Shown: positions 28,681 to 38,729 of the stretch, piece after piece
How positions within the stretch are numbered: position 1 is the first letter of the stretch
How the letters are laid out: the number at the start of each line of letters is the position of its first letter
NCBI GenBank assembly: GCA_016191145.1
Contig: JACPPD010000007.1
Span: forward strand, 16,021-80,020
Direction of reading: 5' to 3'
DNA: 64,000 bases
From: Ignavibacteria bacterium
Lineage (GTDB): Bacteria; Bacteroidota; Ignavibacteria; Kapaibacteriales; Kapaibacteriaceae
Made by a program: the position numbers and the translations under genes
Notes under the pieces: generated by a model
What the model saw: only the letters and a program-made list of their open reading frames with translations
Databases searched by the model: none
What the model was told of the DNA's origin: nothing

Positions 28681-29868
28681 TTACTTCGAGCTCACGCCTT
28701 TGAATCCTAAATAATATCCATATTCCTTCTTGTACAAAATTGTACAGAGGCTTTTCGTTTTTTCTCCATCCCGGGTTACGACATTTTCGACGCCTGACAA
28801 GTAATCCGTGTTGTTACGATAGCACCCGGTAATTTCAAAACCAGAGTCTGTTGCGTGCAATTGTACATAATAGGTTTGCACAATTCCACCCTCTCTCATT
28901 TTTACCGCCAAACGAACATTGGATTCGTCAAGTTTTGTTGGCGAACTCACAAACACAATATTTGTAGAATCAAAGCCGATTGGTTTCAGGAGATCTGTTA
29001 AACTCACAGACTTTGTCTCTAACAAGTTCTTATCTACGTATTGGATTGACGTGCCTTGCTGGCTTGTGAAAACAATTGGCTTGTTCTCTAGAGAAATCGG
29101 TGTGACAAAATATCCGCCATATCGTGGCTTGACAGCATCCTGTTTACTTAGGTAAACCAATTTATCAAGTGCTTTACCATTTGAAGAATAGGTCTGAAAT
29201 ATTGGCAAGGAATCAGTCGATTTTTGCCTAATCTTGTTCTTGTCAAATACTGTAATCATCCATCCTTCGTTTGTGGGCAAGAAGCCAGTCGTTTGAGGCT
29301 GAAGAACTTCGTCGAGCTCTATTAGTGTCACTCTTTCAATGTTTGAAAAAGTACGGTCGTACGTAACGATCGAAGCACATGGCACCCACAAGAACGTGCT
29401 GTCGCGGTACCTAATTGCTGGTACGCTAATCTCAGTGAGAATAGAAATAGAAGCGTCGGCTGAAGTTCTTGCCATACGATATTTGGATTTCCCACCAGTT
29501 GGCGAATTACCCGTAGCGCTCAATTGACTGCTATTTAGTTCAGTCAAAATCTCAAAACCTTGCCCCAAAAATTGATTACCATACTTTTCAATCAGAGAAT
29601 CCGTTAGTGATTCATCAGGTGTAAAAGTTCTCTCTATCCTTCCATTGTTCATGTTTATACAATAGATCTGACCATACTGAAAGTCGGAGATAAACACAAC
29701 AGAATCATTTAATTGTTCAAGGGCGAAGGTCGCAAGGACCGCGCCACTGTCATTGTCTTGAATTTTTACAATCCGATCGAATTCCAAATTCTGTACTCGT
29801 ACCAGACTGCAAGCCGATACACAAGTCAACTCAAGTAATACACATAATAACATGACCAAAGTTTGCAT
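28681..29868 (-). CDS. Secreted or lipoprotein hypothetical protein, possibly beta-propeller-like (about 395 aa)
   Basis: The likely start is MQTLVMLLCVLLELTCVSACS (ATG 29868); the track start at 29907 is less likely. I recognise no catalytic motif. The second copy of the 188-bp repeat lies 81 bp upstream. Confidence 0.5.
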   Translation of the reverse strand: MQTLVMLLCVLLELTCVSACSLVRVQNLEFDRIVKIQDNDSGAVLATFALEQLNDSVVFISDFQYGQIYCINMNNGRIERTFTPDESLTDSLIEKYGNQFLGQGFEILTELNSSQLSATGNSPTGGKSKYRMARTSADASISILTEISVPAIRYRDSTFLWVPCASIVTYDRTFSNIERVTLIELDEVLQPQTTGFLPTNEGWMITVFDKNKIRQKSTDSLPIFQTYSSNGKALDKLVYLSKQDAVKPRYGGYFVTPISLENKPIVFTSQQGTSIQYVDKNLLETKSVSLTDLLKPIGFDSTNIVFVSSPTKLDESNVRLAVKMREGGIVQTYYVQLHATDSGFEITGCYRNNTDYLSGVENVVTRDGEKTKSLCTILYKKEYGYYLGFKGVSSK

Positions 29869-29949
29869 AGAAATTGGCTCTGTGTTTTTGATAAAAGATT
29901 GAAACAAAGTATCCGCCCCAGCAGGTACATCTGTTTACTCAACAAACAG

Positions 29950-30136
29950 ATGAAATACCTTCGCGACACAACATACGAACATGACGCAAAAACAATGTTT
30001 GGTGTGCTGGAGGCGTGGAAGCAGAGCGGATTCGGGGGACAGAAGCACTCCCCAGCGGTATCGGGAATCGTGATAGTCCTGCCCAGTGGCGTCCGTATTG
30101 AAGTGCTCTGATGCTTGCCTGGCCACAGCAGATCCT
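29950..30136. repeat. Copy 2 of the 188-bp direct repeat, located 81 bp upstream of the gene at 28681..29868 and abutting the truncated yggS
   Basis: See copy 1. The right-hand boundary (…ggccacagcagatcct) is the same in both copies. Confidence 0.9.
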
Positions 30137-30559
30137 CTTAGCGTTGCCACATGCATTCAGTCTGTAGATCGAATTCCACTGGCAGAAGAAATTGCTAAGC
30201 ACTGCCTGAGTCTTAACCAGCACATCGATGTGATGGTGGAGGTAAATACAAGCGGGGAGGAAAGCAAGTTCGGCTGCAAGCCCGAAGAGGTGGATGCAAT
30301 CCTCGAGAGCGTGCAGGCGAAGACGCGCCTTCACGTAAGGGGCTTTATGACGATTGGAGCGTTGTCGACCGATGAAGCCACTGTAAGAAAATGCTTCAGC
30401 ACGCTGCGTTCTATACGGGACTCTGCAATTCAGCGTGGAATGATCCCTTCTACTGCATTTGAATTATCGATGGGTATGTCGCACGATTTGGATTGGGCTA
30501 TTGCAGAAGGATCGACAATGATACGTGTTGGGTCTGCAATATTTGGCAGCCGTAGCTAA
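30137..30559 (+). pseudogene. yggS: 5'-truncated yggS (PLP-binding YggS/PROSC family); only the C-terminal ~140 codons remain
   Basis: ...HIDVMVEVNTSGEESKFGCKPEEVDAILESVQAKTRLHVRGFMTIGA...LSMGMSHDLDWAIAEGSTMIRVGSAIFGSR matches the second half of YggS. The first ~110 codons are missing, and the reading frame's upstream portion comes from the repeat element (track ORF 30086..). Confidence 0.7.
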
Positions 30560-30601
30560 CGATTGCAACACAATCATGGTACCTGCGTAACCGGCCGCCC
30601 T

Positions 30602-33037
30602 ATGAACACGCTGCTCGCTGTAGCCATACTGATGAGTGTTTTGATATCCGATACACTGTATGCCCAAACAGTGATAACAGGAATCGTTGTTGATTCAACA
30701 ACCGATCAGCCTATTGGTGGTGCATCTATCAGGATTGTTGGTACAACGCGCGGCACGTATACAAAATCGAATGGTGAATATCGCCTGCCACTGACACAAG
30801 GCGCTACAACAATTTCTGTACGGAGCATCGGTTATCGGGAAACGACTGTTGCTATTGGCAACCGGTCTTCCATTCGCATAGCGCTTATCGCATCTGGTGT
30901 TCTTAAAGGTCAGGTGACGGTTACCGCCGACATTACTCCAGAGGAAGTTGTAAGAAGGGCAATAGAGCGGAAGGAAGAAAATTCTAAACGAATCAAAACT
31001 CTCGTCAGCACCCTGTATTCAAAAATGAATGTCGGAATCGTCGGAGAAGGTCTGATGTCGAAAGGTGTTTCGAACGCCATGATTGCCGAGACGTTCTCGC
31101 GAGTTTACGACCAGCGATTGCCAACAAAGAAGAAACGCGTGCATATTCTTCAGCGACGTCAAACGAAAAATATCTTACCAAAACAGAACCTTGCCGTATT
31201 CGATCAGTTTTTTGACTTTATGGACGATGAGATAACAATCCTGGAAACACGGCTGGTGACGCCCCTTTCAAAAGAAGCGCTCGATGAATATCAGTTCCGG
31301 ATAATTGACAAAAAACCGCTTGGCGATCAGATGGTATACCAAATAGCGTTTGAACCAAGATCCCGAATCTATCCAGGTTTCGAAGGGAATCTTACAATTA
31401 TTGAGGGAACGTATCAGGCAATAGCTGCGGAATTCGCACCAACTGATGAAACAGCTTTTCCATTTTTAAAGGGGCTGAAATTTGCGCAGCGATTCGAAAA
31501 ACTGAATGACACGCTTTGGGTACCGATGTATGCACATAGTAGTGCGTTAGTGAAATTCCAGGTGTTTGTTGGCCTGTTTGAAATGTCGGCTGACGTGAGC
31601 GTGGAAACATACGTCACCGACGTGGAAGCAAATATTGAAATTCCCGATTCGTTGCTGCAACCGCCCATCGACACGTCAAAGCAATCGGAAGTGAAAGTGA
31701 CGTCGCGGAGTGCATCCGTATCGGTTCGGCAGAATAATAAAATAGTAACCGTAGAAAACGATGCAGACTCCATACGTCCTGAATTTTGGGACGCTCATGC
31801 ATTTGCCGAATTAAGCGAAAAGGAACGCGAAGAATACCGGAAGGTTGACAGTATGGTGCTGGCAGATACTAACAAGAAAGATACATCTCGAAGATCAACA
31901 ATACATTTAGTTACTATCGGCGATGTAGGTGTAGATTTTTATCCGGTACTCGACAGATCGCACATCACAGGCATGATGTATGGCGGAGGTATATCCACAT
32001 CGTGGCAATCTTTTAGGTTGTCGACTGGCTTTGCACTTGGACAAAAAGGCACGCGTGTTGGATCTGTTGGTTTTAACATCGGCATTATTCGAGATTCGTC
32101 ACTCACCCTACAGGGCAACATTGATGTCTATTCCCGATTGAAAACATTGCAACCGTCGCCCCTTTTTTTAGGACGAGCAGACAATTCGGCTCATCTGTTC
32201 TACGCCGACTATTTTGATTTCTATCGTCAGGATGGATGGAGCGTCGGCTTCTCAATGCAGTCTGGAGCATTCAAGGCAAGCATTGCAGCGGCATCGAGCC
32301 GGCACATAAACATGCCTGTCATAACGGGATTGCAAAGAACTACATTGATTGCAGACCAAGGAAGTTACAGAACACTCGAAGCTTCTGTATCGGGTGGAGA
32401 GACTTCGCTTGCAGAAGAATTCGCAGGAGGGAAGTCGGTGATTGACGGAACAATGAAATTGATTTATGGAATGAGAGAAGAAGACAGTCAGACATTTGGA
32501 ACGATTGAATTATCCGGTAATGTGCGGATTCCAACATTTGCCACCGGATACAGATCAATGTATCTCGATGTTCACGCAGAGGGCGGCACTGCCATAAACG
32601 ACTACACGCCAAATCAGTATTTATTTACGCTGATGCGCAGGTTCCCTGTTCTGGGACGCCTTACCGACCTTTCATCCGTTGAGATAAACTCGTATCGCGG
32701 ATCCCAATATGTTCTGCTACATTCGGAGCACAACTTTTCGGACCTATGGTGGAGAGCGTTGCGTATTCCAACTTTTCCGAACAAGCGCGGGCTGGATCTG
32801 ATAGGCGTCTTTGGTCTGGGTGTTACAAAGGTTTCCGGACAGACCAGGATGGCAACCGAAGGTTGGAGCGAAACCAAAGCCCCCTTCATGGAAGCAGGAT
32901 TTGCATTAGCGCGCATACCAACGTTCGTTAGCGATCTGTTCTATCTGCGTTTCGATGCTATGTGGCCGTTGGGGCGGCCTGCTGTTCAGACAGGGCGGTT
33001 TGGCTGGACGATTACGCTTTCAACTCCACTGCTCTAA
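30602..33037 (+). CDS. Carboxypeptidase-regulatory-like domain plus DUF5686-type large secreted/outer-membrane protein
   Basis: It has a signal peptide MNTLLAVAILMSVLISDTLYAQ, then TGIVVDSTTDQPIGGASIRIVGTTRGTYTKSNGEYRL (CarbopepD_reg). The architecture is the ~810-aa type common in Bacteroidota. Confidence 0.6.
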   Translation: MNTLLAVAILMSVLISDTLYAQTVITGIVVDSTTDQPIGGASIRIVGTTRGTYTKSNGEYRLPLTQGATTISVRSIGYRETTVAIGNRSSIRIALIASGVLKGQVTVTADITPEEVVRRAIERKEENSKRIKTLVSTLYSKMNVGIVGEGLMSKGVSNAMIAETFSRVYDQRLPTKKKRVHILQRRQTKNILPKQNLAVFDQFFDFMDDEITILETRLVTPLSKEALDEYQFRIIDKKPLGDQMVYQIAFEPRSRIYPGFEGNLTIIEGTYQAIAAEFAPTDETAFPFLKGLKFAQRFEKLNDTLWVPMYAHSSALVKFQVFVGLFEMSADVSVETYVTDVEANIEIPDSLLQPPIDTSKQSEVKVTSRSASVSVRQNNKIVTVENDADSIRPEFWDAHAFAELSEKEREEYRKVDSMVLADTNKKDTSRRSTIHLVTIGDVGVDFYPVLDRSHITGMMYGGGISTSWQSFRLSTGFALGQKGTRVGSVGFNIGIIRDSSLTLQGNIDVYSRLKTLQPSPLFLGRADNSAHLFYADYFDFYRQDGWSVGFSMQSGAFKASIAAASSRHINMPVITGLQRTTLIADQGSYRTLEASVSGGETSLAEEFAGGKSVIDGTMKLIYGMREEDSQTFGTIELSGNVRIPTFATGYRSMYLDVHAEGGTAINDYTPNQYLFTLMRRFPVLGRLTDLSSVEINSYRGSQYVLLHSEHNFSDLWWRALRIPTFPNKRGLDLIGVFGLGVTKVSGQTRMATEGWSETKAPFMEAGFALARIPTFVSDLFYLRFDAMWPLGRPAVQTGRFGWTITLSTPLL

Positions 33038-33087
33038 CATTTACCTTAGCTCGGCTGCCTAAATTTGCATCCACAAAGGAGCAATAA

Positions 33088-34204
33088 ATGTTTGAACCGC
33101 AAAAATTATCGTTGGAAGATCTTCGCACAAGAGTGGAACAACTGCGGAGGTACCTTTGACATCGATAGAAAAAAGGACGAAGTAGCCGAACGTGAAATGC
33201 GTTCGCAAGCTCCCAATTTTTGGGACGATCCGGAGCAGGCACAACGTACGATGAAGGAAACGTCCGACCTTAAGGAGTGGATTTCAATGTGGGATGCTGC
33301 CCGCCGATCTGTCGAAGATGTCGAAGCGTTGATTGAGCTCGCAGAGGAAGCTAAAGATTCCTCGATGGAACCCGATATCTTATTAGAGCTTGATAAGGCA
33401 ATTAAAAATGTTGATGAATTAGAATTACGTAAAATTCTTTCCGGTGAAGACGATAAGCGTAATGCTATTCTCACCATCAATGCAGGAGCAGGTGGTACTG
33501 AAGCTCAGGATTGGGCAGAGATGCTTCTGCGCATGTACACGCGTTGGGCAGAAAAACATAACTTTCAGGTGTTTCTTGCTGATGAGTTGGAAGGTGATAC
33601 AGCAGGAATAAAAAGCGGTACGCTCGAAATCCGAGGTCAGTACGCCTATGGCTACCTGAAAGCCGAAAATGGCGTACACCGTTTAGTTCGCATCAGTCCC
33701 TTTGATTCAAATGCACGGAGACATACGTCGTTCGCATCGGTGTTTGTATACCCGGAGGTCGAAGACGACGTGGAAATAGAAGTCAATCCCGCCGATGTTG
33801 AAATGGACACGTTTCGGTCTGGCGGCAAGGGCGGACAAAACGTAAACAAGGTTGAAACTGCTGTTCGACTCCGACACATTCCATCGGGCATTGTTGTGAG
33901 CTGCCAACAGGAACGATCGCAGTTCCAGAACCGCGAACGTGCCATGAAGATGCTTAAGAGTCGGTTGTATCAAAAGCGAAGGGAAGAAGAGGAAGCCGCA
34001 AAGGCAGCCATCGAAGGCACAAAGAAAAAAATTGAATGGGGCTCTCAAATCAGAAGCTACGTCTTCCAACCTTATACAATGGTCAATGATCATCGGACGG
34101 AAACAAAGATCAACGATGTGCATGCTGTGATGGATGGCGACCTTGATGAACTCATCAAAGCATATCTGCTAAGTGAGCAGGTGCAGGACAGCCATTCGGA
34201 ATAA
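33088..34204 (+). CDS. prfB: Peptide chain release factor 2, with the programmed +1 ribosomal frameshift (ORF0 33088..33159, shift at CTT TGA C 33154-33160)
   Basis: The ATG at 33088 follows AAAGGAG. ORF0 reads [23 protein letters not shown] and ends at the canonical CUU UGA C slippery site, preceded by an internal SD-like GGAGG. The +1 frame continues [11 protein letters not shown]... and contains the SPF and GGQ motifs. The track ORF start at 33065 is an artefact. Confidence 0.9.
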
Positions 34205-34209
34205 GATTT

Positions 34210-34587
34210 ATGGTAATTGGAATCGGCACAGATATCGTTGATGTTGCGAGAATTGAACATTCTCATAGCGAATATGGCGATCGCTTTTTGACGAGGGTGT
34301 TTACGCAAACCGAAATTGATTACAGTAATCATTTCGGTGACCACAAATATTTGCACTTAGCAGCGCGCTTTGCCGCTAAGGAAGCCTTCAGCAAGGCTAT
34401 CGGCACAGGCATGCGGCAGGGCATGGCGTTTAAGCTTGTTGGCATTCGCAACGAGCCCAGCGGCCTTCCCCGCATAGAACTCTTTGGCGCGATGCTTGAA
34501 CGCTGGGGTACGCATACTATCCACGTCACGCTATCGCACACTGCCGAAATTGGTCTTGCAGTGGTTGTAATAGAACAGAATAACTGA
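34210..34587 (+). CDS. acpS: Holo-[acyl-carrier-protein] synthase
   Basis: MVIGIGTDIVDVARIE is the AcpS N-terminal signature. The length is 125 aa. Confidence 0.85.
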   Translation: MVIGIGTDIVDVARIEHSHSEYGDRFLTRVFTQTEIDYSNHFGDHKYLHLAARFAAKEAFSKAIGTGMRQGMAFKLVGIRNEPSGLPRIELFGAMLERWGTHTIHVTLSHTAEIGLAVVVIEQNN

Positions 34588-34610
34588 CACATACACATTC
34601 CCGGACTCCA

Positions 34611-35774
34611 ATGCTTTCATCGATTTATAATCCATCATCGCCTTTTGTGCTTGGAATCCTGGGGGGCGGACAGCTTGCTAAGATGACGTCGCTGGCTGCC
34701 TATAGAATGGGTTTGCAGGTAGCCGTCATCGAAAATGGAGAGGGATCGCCTGCAGGAATGATGACGAAGCATGAATTCCCCGGCGGTTGGGCCGATAGAA
34801 AACAGCTTGACGCGTTTATCGACGTGAGCGACATGGTTACGCTGGAGAATGAGTTTGTTGACCCCGATGTGCTGGACTACATAGCCGAACGCCGCTTTGT
34901 TTATCCTTCTCCGGCAACGATGAGATTAGTACAGGATAAATTGATACAGAAAGAGACATTCTCGAAAATTAATATACCGACACCACAATTTGCCGCAATT
35001 GCGCAAAAATCGGATTTGTTATCCTTCGGCAAGGCGCACGGCTATCCATTCGTTGCCAAGACTCGCAGATTGGGATATGACGGCTACGGAAACAGCACAG
35101 TTAAGCAAGAGTCCGATATTGATTTCACATGGCGACGGTTTATGGAATCGGAAAACCCGCGTCCACTCCTGGCTGAAAGTTTCGTTACCTTCAGTAAGGA
35201 ACTTGCAGTAGTTGTTGCTAGGAATAAGCGTGGCGATGTGGCCGTTTATCCTTGCGTGCAAACCATACAGCAAGGCCACATTTGTGTTAGTGTACTTGCT
35301 CCTGCTCCCATAGATGAACAGTTGAGGAAGCGGGCACAGGAAATTTCCGTTGCATGTGTAGAAGCGATCGAAGGTATTGGAGTATTCGGAATTGAAATGT
35401 TTCTGACTGTCGACAACGAAATAGTTTTTAATGAAATTGCGCCACGAACACACAATAGCGGTCATTACACAATCGAGGCATGCCATGTGTCGCAGTTCGA
35501 AAATCATATCCGCGCAGTCACTAACATGCCGCTCGGATCCACGTCTATGCGCGTTCCGGCTGCATGCATGATTAATCTTCTCGGGGAACGCACTGGGAAT
35601 GGAATACCGGACAGCGTTGCGGGTTTGCTGTCGGTATCTGATGTTGCGCTGCACTTGTATGGAAAAAAAGATGTGAGGCTTGGACGTAAAATGGGTCACC
35701 TTACAGCAACTGCAGAAACAACCGACGCAGCGTTCTCAAAGGCTAATTCAGCACTTGATAAATTTATTTGGTAA
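34611..35774 (+). CDS. purK: N5-carboxyaminoimidazole ribonucleotide synthase (ATP-grasp)
   Basis: The N-terminus is LGILGGGQLAKM, the fold is ATP-grasp and the length is 387 aa. Confidence 0.8.
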   Translation: MLSSIYNPSSPFVLGILGGGQLAKMTSLAAYRMGLQVAVIENGEGSPAGMMTKHEFPGGWADRKQLDAFIDVSDMVTLENEFVDPDVLDYIAERRFVYPSPATMRLVQDKLIQKETFSKINIPTPQFAAIAQKSDLLSFGKAHGYPFVAKTRRLGYDGYGNSTVKQESDIDFTWRRFMESENPRPLLAESFVTFSKELAVVVARNKRGDVAVYPCVQTIQQGHICVSVLAPAPIDEQLRKRAQEISVACVEAIEGIGVFGIEMFLTVDNEIVFNEIAPRTHNSGHYTIEACHVSQFENHIRAVTNMPLGSTSMRVPAACMINLLGERTGNGIPDSVAGLLSVSDVALHLYGKKDVRLGRKMGHLTATAETTDAAFSKANSALDKFIW

Positions 35775-35789
35775 GGGGCTTCCGAGCCG

Positions 35790-37085
35790 TCACGATGCAT
35801 TTACCTTGATTGTTACATAGCCCCCTACAATCAGGAACAAGACATTCCCCATCCACATTGCCACTGCGGGATGGATTAGGTTCCGATCTGCGAGAGTTTC
35901 GCCGCCGATTAATGTAATCCAATATGCCACGTAACAGGCGAGTGAAATTGCAGCGCTGATTCCAAAATTTCCGCCACGCACAAGGATGCCAAGAGGGCAT
36001 CCAACAAATACAAATAGAAAACAGGCAAAAGGAATTGCGTACTTTTTTTGAATCTCAACTTCATACTTGTCTGCGTTCCGCCGCTCGGCATCGCTTCGGT
36101 ACGACTCGCCTTCGAGCGTCGACCGTAGTGTGCTCACAAGTGTGGAAGCACGCGATGTTGCTTCGTACGTGCTGAGGGGAGTCTGAGCATTCAAAGTTGT
36201 GTCGCGTCTGCCAAACAGATAGGCAAGATGTTCGTTCAGTATTGAATCAACGTGGCGCAAACCTAATGATGCCATAGAGTCCGACCTGGTTTCGATTTTA
36301 CGCATGTCGCTGATTCTCATTTCTCTATCGCCTCGCGACGTTCCCGATACATCGGAGCGTTCAAAGAAGAATCTATCGGCTGGCATCGTTATCTGGTGGC
36401 GTTCGAACGAAACCACGCGATAGTCCTTGACGTTGCGGGTCAGCGACTGATGAACTTCTCCGTGGTACAGTTGCAGCACCATGCGCGTTAGTGATGGCGA
36501 AAAGGCAAGCGTGCCGGAATCTGCATTCACAACATTGAGCCGGTAGGGTCGGGATCGGTCGTAAATCGTAACACCAGTCATGAGGCCGGTTGTATCTACG
36601 TTGCGGGCAAGGATTGTGAAACCTTCAATCTGTGTAGTAAACCTACCAGATTCGATTGCGAACGTTGGTTTCAGCCGCTGGATGTCGCGAATCATTGTGC
36701 TCAGCCGGAGGTTAGTATCAGGCAATATGTTGTCGGCATACCAAAATGTAAATATCCATAACAACGTTCCCGAGGCAACGATGGGCAGCATCATCTGAAG
36801 CAGACCCATGCCGGAGGCTTTAATAACGGTGATTTCATGTTGTGCAGACATCGAGCCAAACGCCATCAGAGAAGCGAACAAAACACCGATGGGAATTGCG
36901 AGGACAAGAATCCAGGAGACGTTTAACGCTAGAAACTCAACGATGGTGCGCAGGTCGATACCCTTGCTTGTGAGGTCGTTGAGATGACGCATCATGTATT
37001 GCGTCAAAAACAGAAATACAATTACCGCAGTCCCAAAGATGAAAGGCCCGATGTGGGCGCGAAGGATGTATTTCCAGAGGAGCAA
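35790..37085 (-). CDS. LptF/LptG-family LPS export permease (YjgP/YjgQ)
   Basis: The N-terminus is MLLWKYILRAHIGPFIFGTAVIVFLFL. The 6-TM topology includes a large periplasmic loop. Confidence 0.8.
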   Translation of the reverse strand: MLLWKYILRAHIGPFIFGTAVIVFLFLTQYMMRHLNDLTSKGIDLRTIVEFLALNVSWILVLAIPIGVLFASLMAFGSMSAQHEITVIKASGMGLLQMMLPIVASGTLLWIFTFWYADNILPDTNLRLSTMIRDIQRLKPTFAIESGRFTTQIEGFTILARNVDTTGLMTGVTIYDRSRPYRLNVVNADSGTLAFSPSLTRMVLQLYHGEVHQSLTRNVKDYRVVSFERHQITMPADRFFFERSDVSGTSRGDREMRISDMRKIETRSDSMASLGLRHVDSILNEHLAYLFGRRDTTLNAQTPLSTYEATSRASTLVSTLRSTLEGESYRSDAERRNADKYEVEIQKKYAIPFACFLFVFVGCPLGILVRGGNFGISAAISLACYVAYWITLIGGETLADRNLIHPAVAMWMGNVLFLIVGGYVTIKVNAS

Positions 37086-37125
37086 TGGGTTTGAAGAAAA
37101 ATTGAAGGCAGGAATTTAACCACGC

Positions 37126-37986
37126 CTATGTTTTCAGCTTGTCGTTACATTCATCAATGAGGGTTTGGAAACGGGCGTTCTCTTGCGGCTGCTGTCGTTG
37201 CAAAACAGAAAATGCTTCTATTGCCTTTTCAAAATTTCCCTGCGTCATGTAAATGCGCGCAAGTGTTTCGGTTACCACAGATGCCTTATGCGGTGCAGCC
37301 GATTCGGCATGCAACGTCTTCTTCTCAGAATCTTCAGGTTTTATCCGAACCTTACCGATGCGCTCTGCAAGTTCTTCGAGCGACAGTTTGCGTTGTGGCG
37401 CAGTATCCGATGGAAGGGGGCTTGTGCGCTGCGGATGAAATTCTCTGAAGGGCGGCGGTTCGCCAAGAATTTGTATTGATCTGTGCCCACGGTGCTTTGC
37501 ACCTTCGTATCTCAACGATGTGTACTCGAGTCCCGGAATTAGTCGCACAGCCGAGCTTCGGATTACTCTTGTGTCGTCGGCTCTTGGCGCAAATTCAATA
37601 ATCCTCAGCGGAGAAAACTGGCGTACAACAGGTTGCGGCTGAGATTGTGATTGTGGGAACTGCGCTGGTTGGGTGACGTCGACAGTTTCCTGATGTGGCG
37701 CACTTACAGTCTCTGCGTTCGAGGTTTCAATCTGTCCCCGATGCAGAACAACTTGTGCAGCCTGGGACCCAAAGCGTCGGGTGATTTCACCGTAAATAAC
37801 TTCTGCATCCGAATCCTGATGCAATGCAGCAAAGGCATGCAAAAGCATCGCATAGCCGCCCATGTAAGATGGGTACATGCGTACGCCGCTGGCAGCAGTG
37901 TCGAGAGCAGACTCCAGGCGGCCGCTGTTAAGCTGATGTCGGACATCCACTGCGAACGAAGGGCGTATTTGGACTTCGGCTTGCAT
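37126..37986 (-). CDS. Hypothetical protein with TPR-like ends and a Gln/Pro-rich centre
   Basis: It is an ORF with low-complexity QPQP stretches. I make no confident assignment. Confidence 0.35.
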   Translation of the reverse strand: MQAEVQIRPSFAVDVRHQLNSGRLESALDTAASGVRMYPSYMGGYAMLLHAFAALHQDSDAEVIYGEITRRFGSQAAQVVLHRGQIETSNAETVSAPHQETVDVTQPAQFPQSQSQPQPVVRQFSPLRIIEFAPRADDTRVIRSSAVRLIPGLEYTSLRYEGAKHRGHRSIQILGEPPPFREFHPQRTSPLPSDTAPQRKLSLEELAERIGKVRIKPEDSEKKTLHAESAAPHKASVVTETLARIYMTQGNFEKAIEAFSVLQRQQPQENARFQTLIDECNDKLKT

Positions 37987-38006
37987 TAGCGCAACCAGCC
38001 TGTCTG

Positions 38007-38708
38007 CTACCTGCGATTACCAAGCAGCCGCAGAAGGAATAAGAATAGGTTGATAAAGTTCAGGTAGAGAGACAATGCTCCAAGAATAGAGCGTTTGGCT
38101 GCCAATGCATCACCTGCATACATAACTACTGCCTGCCCCTTGATTTTTTGCATGTCGTATGCAGTCAGACCAGTGAAGATTATTACGCCGATAATGCTGA
38201 TTGCAAAATCCATGACGCCTGAACCAAGGAACATGTTCACAACCATCGCAATAATCAAGCCGAACACGCCCATAATCAGGAACGATCCCATGCTTGTAAG
38301 GTCGCGCTTCGTAGTGTAGCCATACACGGCTGCAACGGCGTACATACCTGCGGCGATACCAAACACCTGGAAGATGCTTCCAAGATCATAGATGAGGAAC
38401 AGAATGGAAAACGCAATGCCATTCGTCATCGAATAGGCAATAAACATCGCTGCTGCCGTTGAGGGCTTGAGCGAATCGATACGAGCAGCCAAAAACCACA
38501 CCATTGCGAGTGGCGACAGCAAGACAACCCAATAGAGCGGAGTACTGAAAATTGCTGCGATGATGACGTCGGATCCCGACACCAGGAAGGCAGTTAAAGC
38601 AGTCGTCAGCAAGCCCCCTACCATCCATGCATAAACCCTCTGCACATACGTTCGAAGGCTATCGGTGTCTACAACCTGCGCAACCGGCTGTTGAGACATG
38701 GAATTCAT
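38007..38708 (-). CDS. Bax inhibitor-1/YccA (TMBIM) family membrane protein
   Basis: It has 7 TM helices and a C-terminal charged tail ...LRLLGNRR, in the pattern of the family. Confidence 0.75.
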   Translation of the reverse strand: MNSMSQQPVAQVVDTDSLRTYVQRVYAWMVGGLLTTALTAFLVSGSDVIIAAIFSTPLYWVVLLSPLAMVWFLAARIDSLKPSTAAAMFIAYSMTNGIAFSILFLIYDLGSIFQVFGIAAGMYAVAAVYGYTTKRDLTSMGSFLIMGVFGLIIAMVVNMFLGSGVMDFAISIIGVIIFTGLTAYDMQKIKGQAVVMYAGDALAAKRSILGALSLYLNFINLFLFLLRLLGNRR

Positions 38709-38729
38709 TGTTAGTTCCCGAAAAGTGCT

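Noticed and set aside
33065-33087. prfB start at 33065 (track ORF)
   Set aside because: It yields a non-RF2-like N-terminus. The correct model is ATG 33088 plus the +1 frameshift at CTT TGA C.
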